Of a stretch of DNA of 64,000 nucleotides, positions 26,934 to 38,669 are shown one piece after another (the stretch's first letter is position 1; the number at the start of each line of letters is the position of its first letter). The notes below the pieces were generated by a model. The model was not told where the DNA came from. It worked only from the letters and a program-made list of their open reading frames with translations, and searched no databases. The DNA is from the human T2T-CHM13v2.0 reference genome, Homo sapiens. The stretch lies in the NCBI RefSeq assembly GCF_009914755.1, contig NC_060934.1. One strand, written 5' to 3'. A program made the translations under genes and the position numbers.

Positions 26934-29900
26934 GGTGAATCTTCAAGCATTTTTTTAGAGGGTGAAGTGCAAACTATCTACTAAATCAAAGACACTAGAG
27001 AAAAAAATGGTCTGTGGAGGAATACAGCTGGCCCAAAGGCACAAGTCAATAAGGAAGTCTCTTGGTGCTGAACAATATACAGACTGAAGAGAAAAGCAAG
27101 GCTTGTGGGGTCTCCTAGCCTTTTTGGCCCAAGCAGTGTGACCACGTGATCTCCCTTGGGGACAGTAAATAGCATTGGTGGTACAAGTGGCTGATGTGTA
27201 GTCACAAAGGTGAGGAAATCCCACACCTGCGGACTGCTCTCTGGCTGCCCTATGGGGACTCACAGAGAGGCACCGTGGCCAGCATGGGAGCAGATTGAGG
27301 CCCGCCCGCAGAGAAAGGGTCTGATGAATTCTGCCACGATGTGCACTTTCATTTCTTTGGCGGGCCTTGGACATTCCTGTTTTGTGCAGAGGCCAGATGG
27401 GCTTGATTTCTCTGGTGAGTTACCGTAAAACATGTGACCTATGTTCTTCGGTTTCTTTCATTCTATCCCTTTGAGATGGTGAAACATCAACCCTCTATTT
27501 TAACAAATAGCACCTGGACTTTCTCATCTTGTTTCTTTCTTAAGCAATCACAAAACACTTTAGTATAAAAGATTTATGACAACTTCTCTGGGTTTTTTTC
27601 CATTTTTATACATCTGCTAAATTCCATTTTTTAAACATTATGGAGAAAGCCACTGGTGGAATCACCATGTCTAGAAATGTTAACTTCTCTGTAAAAAATA
27701 AGGCCACTCAAATCTTGTTAAACTGATATTGTATTCATTGTGCCTCTTAATGCCCACGTTCATTCCAAAGGACTTATAAAATGAAATCATCATAAACTTC
27801 CCAGCTGCACAAGTCTTTTGAAACTGTTCTGTCGTAACGAAGTCTGCGTTCCACATTACAAAAACACGCAAGGAGACTTAAAGATAGTTTAACAAAAGAC
27901 TAGAAAGGGAGAATATCCAGGTGGCTTTTTAAGTGTGGAACATAATAAAACAGTGTTTGGAAACTATTATGCCAAGATGTAATAACTAGAAAACAAGAAA
28001 GTCCATTTATAAGCTGAAGTGCAACTTCAAGTCGTAAATAGAAGAAATATTGAGAATGCAAGGGGGAAAATTATAACATGAGCACTTATGAAACGGGAAA
28101 CAGACTGAAAACCTTCAGATTTAGAATAGCGACAGGACGATATATTTTGGACCCATCCTTCTGAAGCTCTGTACTAAGCCTTTGCATTATCTACTTATCA
28201 GTCAGGGACCTCTCAAGAAAGATAAACCACTTGAGTATTAAAACAGAGGGGTCTGGTGCAGGAAACTGATCACCCAGGAAAAGGAAGAGCTGAAATGCTT
28301 AGCAGCAAACAGGGAGAGAACCTAGAGGTAAACACTCCCAGAAAACCACAACCTCCTCTGGGCCAGAGTGAGGAGGCAGAGACTAAGGTCCTTAGATGGG
28401 GGCTAGAAGAGACTCAACTATTGCATCAGATGTTGCCAGAAACAGAGAGGGAGTGGGAGAAAAACCCTGGCTTCTCTCTCCAGCCTCCTCCCCCATCTGC
28501 CTCTCATGTCTACCTGGGCCATTCCCATCCTGGAAAATAGTCTGCAGTGTTCTTTCCTTGTGCAAGGGGATGGGTGAGGAATGGATCCAAAGGCAAACAG
28601 GCCCGGGACCAGCACAAATATTGTCTGCGTGAGCAGAGGCATGACTCTACATTCTGGTGAGGACATCCCCCTGGGAGAGCTTGCATCATACCAGGATGAC
28701 CACAGGATGCCCTCCTGATGCACAGTGCCTTTGCTCAAAGTAAGTAGATTCAACCCGACTTCTCCTTGTGATCTTGACAGCATTGGTCTGCTGCATTGCT
28801 TAAAGTAATAGTTCATTTTGTCTATGCACATTTTTTAAAGGGCCCATCAGGCTGATAGTCTGGGTGTCCTGCTATAATTCATCCACTGGCCTTTGGGCAG
28901 AGCAAACTTTATTAACAACATCAGAGACCGGATAAGTGGAAGTCCAGCTGGGCAGTTGTCCATGGTACTAACCTGTGAAGGGCACTGAGAGATCTATGGT
29001 GCATTAAGACATCTCTGGAAATGTTTCTAGCTGGCAACAAACAAATTTGCATTTCTTAAAATTCCTCTAAGGGAGATATGCACTTTATCTGGTTGGACTT
29101 TTCAATCCACTTTAAGACACTTTCTCCCCACCATGCCCCAAGCCAAAAAACTGCTCTTGTAACTGTTTGGAAACAAACAACCAAATCCAAACAGTGAAGG
29201 AAATATGTTGGCTCAGGTAATTTAAAAAGCAAGCATCTGTGTTAACTTCAGGCTGGTCTTAATCCACACTCCAATGATGTCACCAAAGTTCCTGCCTTCT
29301 TCATTGTTGGCTTCGTGGTTGTAGGATGGCTCCCAACAGCAAGCCCAGGAGGAGAGAGAGAATGTCTCTTTCCTCAACACTATACCTTGAAGATCACCAA
29401 TATTTATCAGCCAGGCTTGGAATTCCTTTGGAAATAACACTCCTTTAGAAATTTAGCAATTTCCTCCCTCTGCCATTCATATGGTTACTAATGCATAACC
29501 TAAGGATTTTGAAATGAATGTGGGGCATGGAGGCATGAGTGTCTGGCCAAAGTTATTTGCTATTACAGATAACTCCCACCTTTCTGCTTTCTCTAGGACC
29601 AACCTTAGTTTGTGAAAGAGAATTAAGCTTTTCCAACCTTGAAAGCCTTCAGATTACTGGATCCCCAGATGCTATGGATGGCCAGCTCCATAAAAAGGTA
29701 CCTCTTAGTGAAGCCAGAAAGTAGAAACCTCCTACCCAAAGTGGTAGAACTACCTGTTGGTCTATTTAAGTTCAAAGGGAAGCATAAATGAGTAAACATT
29801 TTATTTTAACTAATCTCCTATTCACTAATATTTTGGTATGGGACCAGGGCCTTTTCTGTGAGCATGGGTCTTTTTCACATAAACCTTAGCCACAATGCAT

Positions 29901-31359
29901 CAAAGTATCTAAGGTTTCTAGTTTCAGTTTCTTTTTTTAATGAGGAGTGAGAATTTGAAGACCCTTGTGAAATACATGAGAGTAGAATCTTTTTACATTT
30001 TCATAATTTCTCTCCAATTTTTATAATTTGAGAGCAATTTTTAAGCAATTGACCTTTATCGAGTCTTTCCAGAGCATTTAATTTAGCTTTCATAGGAAGA
30101 AACCTCCTATTTTCATAATCATAGTTCCTTGGTTTTTGTAATATTGTATTAAATTATATAATTATAATAAACATAATTGGCATAAATAAGTTTGGAAACA
30201 AAGACAAATAAAGTAGCTAGTTATAAAACTCAGTTTGTGGGAACAGATGTGCTTGGTAGGTTAAAGGTGGTACCCATAGCCAAGAACATCTGAGGACCGT
30301 GGGATGTAGTCAGGATATTTTATAGAAGTGTGGAGCACATGAAGTGGCCAAGCAAGTCAGTTCAACAGAGATTGGTTAAGAAAGTAACTATTAAATTAAG
30401 TTCCTTTCTGCTTTCAGAAGAGGCACTTGCAGTCTAAATTTGTATTGCTTGTGTAAGACCTAACTCAAAGCCAAAAATTGTATTCAAAATCTCCAAAATC
30501 TGATTTTTTTTCCTCTTCCAGATGTCTTTATGCTATAGTCCTGGTAGAAATGTGGTCAGCATTCCAAAGTATGATATAAAAGATTTTAAGCAGCTCTTTT
30601 GTTGCAACATACAAAGGTCACCAACTCCCCTGCTTGGAGTAGAGAAAATCATTCTCATTACCTTGCAGCCTACCTTACTAGTTCAGATAAGTACACATTT
30701 TAGGATCTATTATTTGTAACATCCTATTTTCTAATAGCAAATTCCCTATGATTATGCTACTTTTGATTGCAAGTAATATAAAAGATCTGACTTAATCAAT
30801 AAAATGTATTAGCCCGTGTAAAAACTCCAGAGGAGAGCAGGTTTCAAGGCTCAGAGATCCACTGTTTGTTTACATAGATTATGTCCTGCACAGAAGTGCC
30901 TGGGCAAGAGGTCAAGTGGGAGCTGAATCTAAGCTTGGGGCTGCATCCAACCCAGAAAACAGGGTACCATTTTAATTACATCAAGGAGCCTCTAATTAAT
31001 CACAAAGCCATTCTCCCGCAAGATCATTTGCTCAGTTAATGCATCCAAAAGTGACTTATGTTAACAGTGGGAGCCTTTAGCTCAGCAATGTCAGCCAAGA
31101 ATCAGTTTATTTTCACCTATCTGTTCTGCTTTTCCTTATGTCAGCTACATCCACAGAGAACTGCCTCCATAAATTGGCTCCACTCATGTTCGCCAGAGGG
31201 ATGGCAGCATCAACCAAGTCTTCCTTTTTCCTGTCCAGTAGGAGACTGGGCTCCCCAGTCAATGAATGGGCTAACCGGCTAACCTCACATTATATCAACC
31301 TGAGTCACATGCCCAACGCTAAACCAATCAGTGGCACAGGTCTAGAAATATGCTGATTA

Positions 31360-34300
31360 ACTAAAGTCGAATTTACATCTGCCATCTTGCTACTTGTTTT
31401 CTTTCATTGTCTTTCTTTGTTTCTCTGTTCTTCAGTGCTCCCTTCTTTTGTGTAAAATAAATATTTTCTAGCCATTTTAATTTCCTTGTTGCTTCTTTTA
31501 GTATATTTTTCTACTTATTTTCCTCTTGATTGCCTTAGGGTTTGCAATTAACATTTAATTTAAAATGATCTCGCTCAGATTAACACCAATTTAATTTCGA
31601 TAATATCTTAAAAGCTTGTTCTAATATAGTTCTGTGACCTTCCTCTTTGTGCCATTATTATTATATGAATTACATTTTTATACATGATAAACCCATCAAC
31701 ACAGTTCTACTATTGCATTATGTGTTTTTCTTTCTTTTTTTTTCTTTAGTTTTGAGCTAAGCATAGATTCCCATGCAGTTGTAAGAAACAATAATAGAGG
31801 TCTCATGTACTGGTTACCCAGCTTTTCCCAGCTTTTCTCATGTACCTGTTACCCAGCTTTTCCTAGCTGTTCCCAGCTTTTCTCATGTACCTGTTACCCA
31901 GCTTTCTCCCGCTACCCACCTTCATAACTGTGGTATAATATCACAATCAGGATACTGACATTGACAGTGTCAAGATACAGAATACTCCATCTCCATGAAG
32001 ATCCTTCTTATTGTCCATGTATAGTCACATGCACTTCCCTCCAATTTCTATCTTCCCCTTAACTTCTGGCAACCATTAATTTGTTCTCTGTTTATACAAT
32101 TTTGTTATTTCAATAATTTTATATAAATAAAATTTTATGTTATGAAACCATTTAGAATTGGCTTGTTTCACTCAGCAGAAGTCTCTGGAGATTCATCCAG
32201 ACTGTTGTGTATATTGACAGATTATTCCTTTTTAATGATGCAGAGTAATATCCAATGGTATAGATGTACTTCAGTTTGTTTAACTATGTACCCACTTAAG
32301 GACATTAGGGTTGCCTGTAGCTTTTGGCTATTACAAGGAAAACTTTATTATAAACAGTCATATATAGGTTTTTCTGTGGACATAACTCTATTTTTTTCTG
32401 AGATAAATGGCCAAGAATGCAGTTTCTCAGAAGTATGGATCTTGCATGTTTACTTTAAAAACTGCCAAACTGTTTTCCAGAATAATTTTGCCATTTTACA
32501 ATTCCATCAGCAATGTATGGTAACTTATTTTCTCTGCATCCATACCAGTGTTTTGTGTTTGGGCTGCTATAACAAAAATAACCATGGGCCCTCTCTCTGG
32601 CTTGCAGACAGCTATCTTCTCACTGTGTCCTCACATGGTGGAGCAAGAACAATCTCTTTCTCTTCCTCTTCTTATAAAGCCACTAATCTCATTATGAGGG
32701 TCCCACCTTCGTGATTCATCTAATTCTAATTACCTCCTAAAGGCCCATCTCCAAAGATCATCGCACTGGGGGTCAGGACTTCAACATCTGAATTTAGGGA
32801 GACACAATTCATGAAGCACATAGCTTTCTGCACCTGGCCCCTCAAACATCATGCCCCTCTCACAAGCAAAATTCCATCCCAACATCTCCAAAGATCTTAA
32901 CTCATTCCACCATCAACTCCAAAAGTACAAAATCTACCAAAATATCTAAATCAGACATGGGTAACACTCAAGGTACAAATCATCCTGAAGCAAAATTTCT
33001 CCCCATTGGTGAACCTGTGTGAAATCAGACAAGTATGTGCTTCCAAACATAATGGTAGGACAGCTATAAAATAAACATTGCCATTCCAAAGGAGAAAGAA
33101 AGAGGTGATGAGTCCCAAGCAAGTCCCACACCTAGCAAGGCAAACTCTGCCTTAAGGTGTGAGACTAATCCTCTTTGCCTTTTTGTCACTTTCCGGACCT
33201 ACTGAGTTGGTGGTCCCACCTCCTTGGCTCTGCTGGGTGGAGGTCACACCACCAAGGCTCCAGGTGTTCTGCCCCCAAGGTTCTACAGGGTGGTGCTTAA
33301 AACAACTGATTTTGTCACCCAAAGTTCCTGGTATACATAAGGGTTCACTCTTGGTGCTGTACATTCTTTGCGTATTGACAAATGTGTAATGTATCTGCAA
33401 TAATAGTATCACATGTAATTATTTCACTACCCTAAAAGTCTTCTGTGTTCCACCTACTCATCCCTCTCTACCACCAATCATGGATCTTTTTACTATCTCC
33501 ACACATTTGCCTTTTCTAGAATGTTATGTAGTTGGGATTACACAGTATGTAGTCTTTTCAGACTGACTTCTTTCACTAATAGTATGCATTTAAGGTTCTT
33601 CCATGCTATGGTCTGAATGCTTATGTCCCCTCCCAATTTTCATGTTGAAATCCAACCCCCACAGTGATTGCATTAGGAAGTAGGGATTTAGGGAGGTGAT
33701 TAGGCCATAACGGCTTCAGCCTTTATGAATAGAATTAGTACCCTTATAAAAGAGATTTCAAAGAGCTCGTTCATGAATTCTTCCAGGTGAAGTTATAGAA
33801 AAAGATGGTTGTCTAGAAAGTAGGCCTTCACCAGATACCAAACCTGCCAGTGCTTTGATCGTGGACTTTCCAGCCTCTAGAACATGAGAAATAAATTTCT
33901 GTTATTTATAAGTTACCCAGTTTATAGGTTTTTTGTTTTTGTTTTTGTTTTTTGTTTTGAGACAGCCTTGCTCTGTCACAGGCTAGAGTGATCTTGGCTC
34001 ACTGCAACCCCTGGTCCCTGGATTCAAGCAATTCTCCTGCCTCAGCCTCCTGAGTAGCTGGGACTACAGGCAAACGCCACCAGGCCCAGCTAATTTTTGT
34101 ATTTTTAGTAGAGACGGGGTTTCAGCATGTTGGCCAGGATGGTCTCCATCTCTTGACCTCATGATTTGCCTGCCTCGGCCTCCCAAAGTGCTGGGATTAT
34201 AGGCATGAGCCACCACGCCCAGCCTATGGTGTTTTTTTATAGCAGCCCAAATAGACTAAGACACTCTATGTCTTTTCATGGCTTGATAGTTCATTCTTTC

Positions 34301-35445
34301 TCAGTGCAAAAGAATATCCCATTGTCTGCATGTACCATAGTTTATTTACCCATTACTGAAGGATATCTTGGTTGCTTCCAAGTTTTGGCAATAATGAGTA
34401 AAGCTGCTATAAGCAATCAGTCTTTCACATGAAGTGTGATGCTGGCTACAGTTTTATGTACATATTCTTTATCATATGAAAAAGTTCCCCTCTTTTCCCA
34501 TTTTTCTGAGAGTTTTTTAAAAATTATAAATTTGTGTGAGATTTTATCGAATACTCTTTCTGTATCAATTGATATGATCATGTAATTTTTCTGCTTCAGC
34601 CTGTTAATGTGGCAGACACATTGATTGATGTTTTCAATATTAAACCAATCTTGCTTCTTGGAAATAAAGATTTTTAAATAAAGATTTTTAACAAAGTTTT
34701 TTAAAAAAACTATCTTTAGTTTTGGTGTCAGTAGAATAATGGCTTAATAAAATAAATTGACAAGGGTTCCCTCCCTTCTGTTTTTCGGAAGACATTGTGT
34801 AGAATTCATTTTAATGTTTTATAGTATTCTCTAGTGAAATGATCTGGATATGGAAATTTCTTTCCTGGGAGTTTTTAAATTTGAATTCAGTTTCCTTAAT
34901 AGTTATAAGGCCACCCTAATTATCCATTTTATAATTCATAAGACTTGTGCTCATTTTTATTTTTCAAAGATTTAGTCCATTTCATCTAAGTTGTCAAATG
35001 TATATATTTAGAGTTATTTGGAATATTCCTTCATTATCTTGTAAAATTTGCATGGTTTCTAGTGATAGCCCACTATTTCCTTCTGCATGTTGGTCTTCAG
35101 TCTTTTTATCTTTGTCAGTCTTGTTAGAGGTTTGTCAATCTTTTTGATTTTTTTAAAGAACCAGCTCTTTGTTTCTTTGTTTCATTGATTTTTCTTTCTT
35201 TTTTCTGTTTTTAATTTCATTGATTTCTGCTCTTAATTTTATTAGTTCCTTCCTTGTGCTTGATTTGGGACTATTTTGCTCTTCGTTTCTTAGTTCTTAA
35301 AGTGAGAATTTAGATTATTAATTTCAAACCTTTCCTGTTTTTCTACTGTATGCATTAAGTGCTATGTATTTCCCTCTCTGTACTGTCTTTAGTTGCATTC
35401 CACACATTTTGTTATGCTGTATTTTCATCCAGTTTAATGTACTTT
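31360..35445 (-). mobile_element. Old L1M region with nested MaLR LTR/internal pieces (~32550-33300 minus; ~33604-34263 plus) and an AluS (~33929-34224 minus)
   Basis: Antisense L1 3' UTR motifs, MLT1/MST termini (tgctatggtctgaatg...agactaagaca), Alu consensus. Confidence 0.7.
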
Positions 35446-35449
35446 TTAA

Positions 35450-37820
35450 GAAATTGAAGAAGACACCAAAAATTGAAAGATATTACATGTCCATGGATTG
35501 AAAGAATCAATATTGTTAAAATGTCCTTACTACCCAAAGCAATCTACACATTTAATGCAATCCCTATCAAAATACCAATCACATTCTTCACAGAAACAGA
35601 AAAAGTAATCATAAAATTTATATGGAATGACAAAAGACCCAGAATAGCCAAAGCTATCCTGAGCAAAAAGAACAAAACTAGAAGAATTGCATTACTTAAC
35701 TTCAAATTATAGTACAGCTATAGGAAGAAAAACAGCACGGTACTGGCATAAAAACGAACATATACACCGATGGAACAGAATAGAGAACACGGAAATGAAT
35801 CCACACATCTACAATGAACTCATTTTCAACAAAGTTCCAAAGAACATACACTGGGGGAATGGACAGTGTTTTCAATAAATGGTGCTGGAAAAACTGGATA
35901 CCCGTATACAGAAAAATGAAACTAGACCATCAGTCTAGTTTCTAGAATCATAAGTCATTCTACAAAAATGACACATACATTCGTATGTTTACTGCAGCGC
36001 TATTCACAATAGCAAAGTCATGGAATCAATCTAGGTGTCCATCAATGGTGGATTGGATAAAGAAAATGGAATACATATACAACATGGAATACTATGCAAC
36101 CATAAAAAAGAATGAAATTATGTCCTTTACATCAACGTGGATGCGATGCAACTGGAGGCCATTATCCTAAAAGAATTAACACAAGAACAGAAAACCTGTG
36201 TTCTCTCTTATAAGTGGGAGCTAAACATTGGGTACACAAGAACATAAAGATGGGAACAATAGACCCTGGTGACTACCAGAAGTGGGAGAGAGGAAGGGCA
36301 CCAGGAGCTGAAAAACTACCTGTGGGGTACTATGCTCACTACTTGGGTGATAAGTGATAAGATCATTCATGGTGATAGGTGATAGGATCAAACCTTGGCT
36401 TCATGCAATAAACCCATGTAACAAACCTGCACATACACCCTCAAATCTAAAATAAAAGTAGAAAAATTTTTTAAAACTTACATAATATAGTTAACCTTAA
36501 AAATTATTTTTGTACACATAAGGTATTAGAATGGTAATTACAAGTGTAGAATTTGTAATAACTCTCATTTTCTAAGTAAAAGTAAAACTTCTGTTCTCTA
36601 ACATTCACAATGGCCTTTTTCTGAGAGCACGTCTCATGAATTCTAAAACAAGTATTTGGTATCATTCTTGTGCTTTGGAAAAGTTGAATTCATTTTTTTA
36701 CTCTATAATTTTTTGTTGTTTTCAGTCTGAAAAAAAAGAGAGAAAATACAGACTAGCATAAGAAGAGAAAAGATCATCTCTGAATAATTTCACCACCCAA
36801 ATTTAGTTATAATTAATATTTTTGTGTTTCCTCCAAGAGAAAAATAATAGGCAAAAGGTCTGAATTGACGTTTCTCAAAAGAAGGCCTACAAATGGCTAA
36901 CAGTATATGAAAATTTGCTCAATATCATTGACCATCAAAGAAATGCAAATCAAAACCACAATGAGATAACATCTCACTCCAGTTAAAATGGCTTCTATCT
37001 AAAAGACTGGCAATAACAAATGATGGCAAGGATGTGGAAAAAGGGGAACCTCCTACACTGTTGGTGGGAACATAAATTAGTACAGCCACTATGGAGAACA
37101 ATATGGAGGTTTCGGAAAAAACTAAATAAAACTACCATATGATCCAGCAATTCCACTGCCAGGCATATATTCTAAAGAAAGGATATCAGCGTATTGAGAG
37201 ATATCACCACTCCCATGTTTATTACAGCACTATTACAATAGCAAAGATTTGGAATCAACCTGTGTCCATCAATAAATGAATGGATAAAGAAAGTACGGTA
37301 TATATACGTAATAGAATATTATTCAGCCATACAAAAGAATGAAATCCTGTCATTTGCAACAACATAGATGAAACTGGAAGATATTATGCTAAATGAAATA
37401 ACAAGCACAGAAAGACAAATTTCACATGTTTTCACTCATATGTGGGCGCTTAAAAAAACAACTGATCTCATGGAAATACAGAATATAGTGATGGAAAGGG
37501 TAGCAGGGAGAAGGAGGTTAAGTTGGGAATGATTAATGATTACAAAAACATAGGTAGATAGAACGAATAAGATACAGTATTTGAAAGCACAAAAGAGTGA
37601 GTATAGTCAACAATAATTTATTGTACATTTTTAAATAACTGAAATAGTAGAATTGGAGTATTCCTAACAAAAAAAAGATAAATGCTTGAGAAGATAGATA
37701 CCCAGATTACTCTAATTTGATTATTACACATTGTAGGCCTGTATCAAAATATCACATGTACCTCATAAATATATTCAATTGTTATGTGCCCATAATAATT
37801 AAAAATTTATTTTAAAAAAG
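35450..37820 (+). mobile_element. L1 fragments: ORF2 remnant (~35450-35935), L1PB-like 3' end (~35950-36470), L1MA-like 3' portion (~36840-37820)
   Basis: ORFs 35473-35712, 35687-35878 and 35985-36170 translate to L1 ORF2p-like peptides ([29 protein letters not shown]) with frameshifts; L1 3' UTRs follow. Confidence 0.88.
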
Positions 37821-37978
37821 GAAAACATTTCAAAAATAAGGTTAAGAAGAAGCAAAAGTAAACTTCGCTCTTACAAATCAGGCTTGTGCTCACTGTGGGC
37901 ATGAGTAAGTAACTAGAGGGATAGAAAGGGCCTCTGGAAATTGTAATGTTCTAAGCCTTTGTTTAGAGGCTGTGTTCT

Positions 37979-38240
37979 TGCTATTGTCCGAATGTATCTC
38001 TCCAAATTCATGTGTTGGAAACCTAATCCCCAATGCAACAATGTTGAGAGGTGGGGCCTAATGGGAGGTGTTTAGGCCATAAGGGCTCTGCCCTCATGAA
38101 TGAATTAATTCCACCATGAAGGGCTTGTGGGAGTAGTTTCACCTCCTTCCACCATCAACCATGTGAGGATACAGCCAGTGCCTTGATCTTGGACTTCTCA
38201 GCCTCCAAAACTATGAGAAATAAATTTCTGTTCTTTATAA
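37979..38240 (+). mobile_element. MST/MLT1A-type MaLR LTR, truncated
   Basis: aattcatgtgttggaaacctaatccccaatgcaaca...gagaaataaatttctgttctttata. Confidence 0.8.
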
Positions 38241-38665
38241 CTATATATAGGTATACCTATATATGACTATATATGGTATATTTTAAAATTGTATAATATA
38301 ATATACAATTAATTATATATAAATACATTAAAATAATTATATTATGTAATTAATGAATATTATATTATACAATATAAAATATGTGATTAATAATCTATCA
38401 TATATCATATAATTAATACTATATAAAGTAATAATATATAATCAATATTTATTAATAGAGAAATATATAGTTATAAAGAACTATATATAGTCATAACTAT
38501 ATATAGTTATAAAAAACAGTTAATTTATAAAGAACTATATATTAACAGTGAACCGAGTTCTGTTCTCTATAACTACATATAGTTATATATATGTTATATA
38601 TAGTTATAACTTAAATATAGTTATATATATTAGTTATATATAGTTATAACTTTATATATATATAT
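38241..38665. repeat. AT-rich low-complexity, palindromic tract
   Basis: Nearly pure A/T with TATATAG/CTATATA units. Confidence 0.9.
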
Positions 38666-38669
38666 TTCC

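Noticed and set aside
31801-31905. CRISPR-like repeat-spacer pattern
   Set aside because: Eukaryotic DNA, only three units, spacers made of the repeat's own subunit, and no cas genes.
32142-32714. 190-aa plus-strand ORF
   Set aside because: It spans antisense L1 3' UTR and MaLR LTR sequence, so it is a chance open frame.
35473-36170. Reverse-transcriptase-related ORFs as an active retroelement or novel RT system
   Set aside because: Short, frameshifted L1 ORF2 remnants; no intact ORF1 or ORF2.
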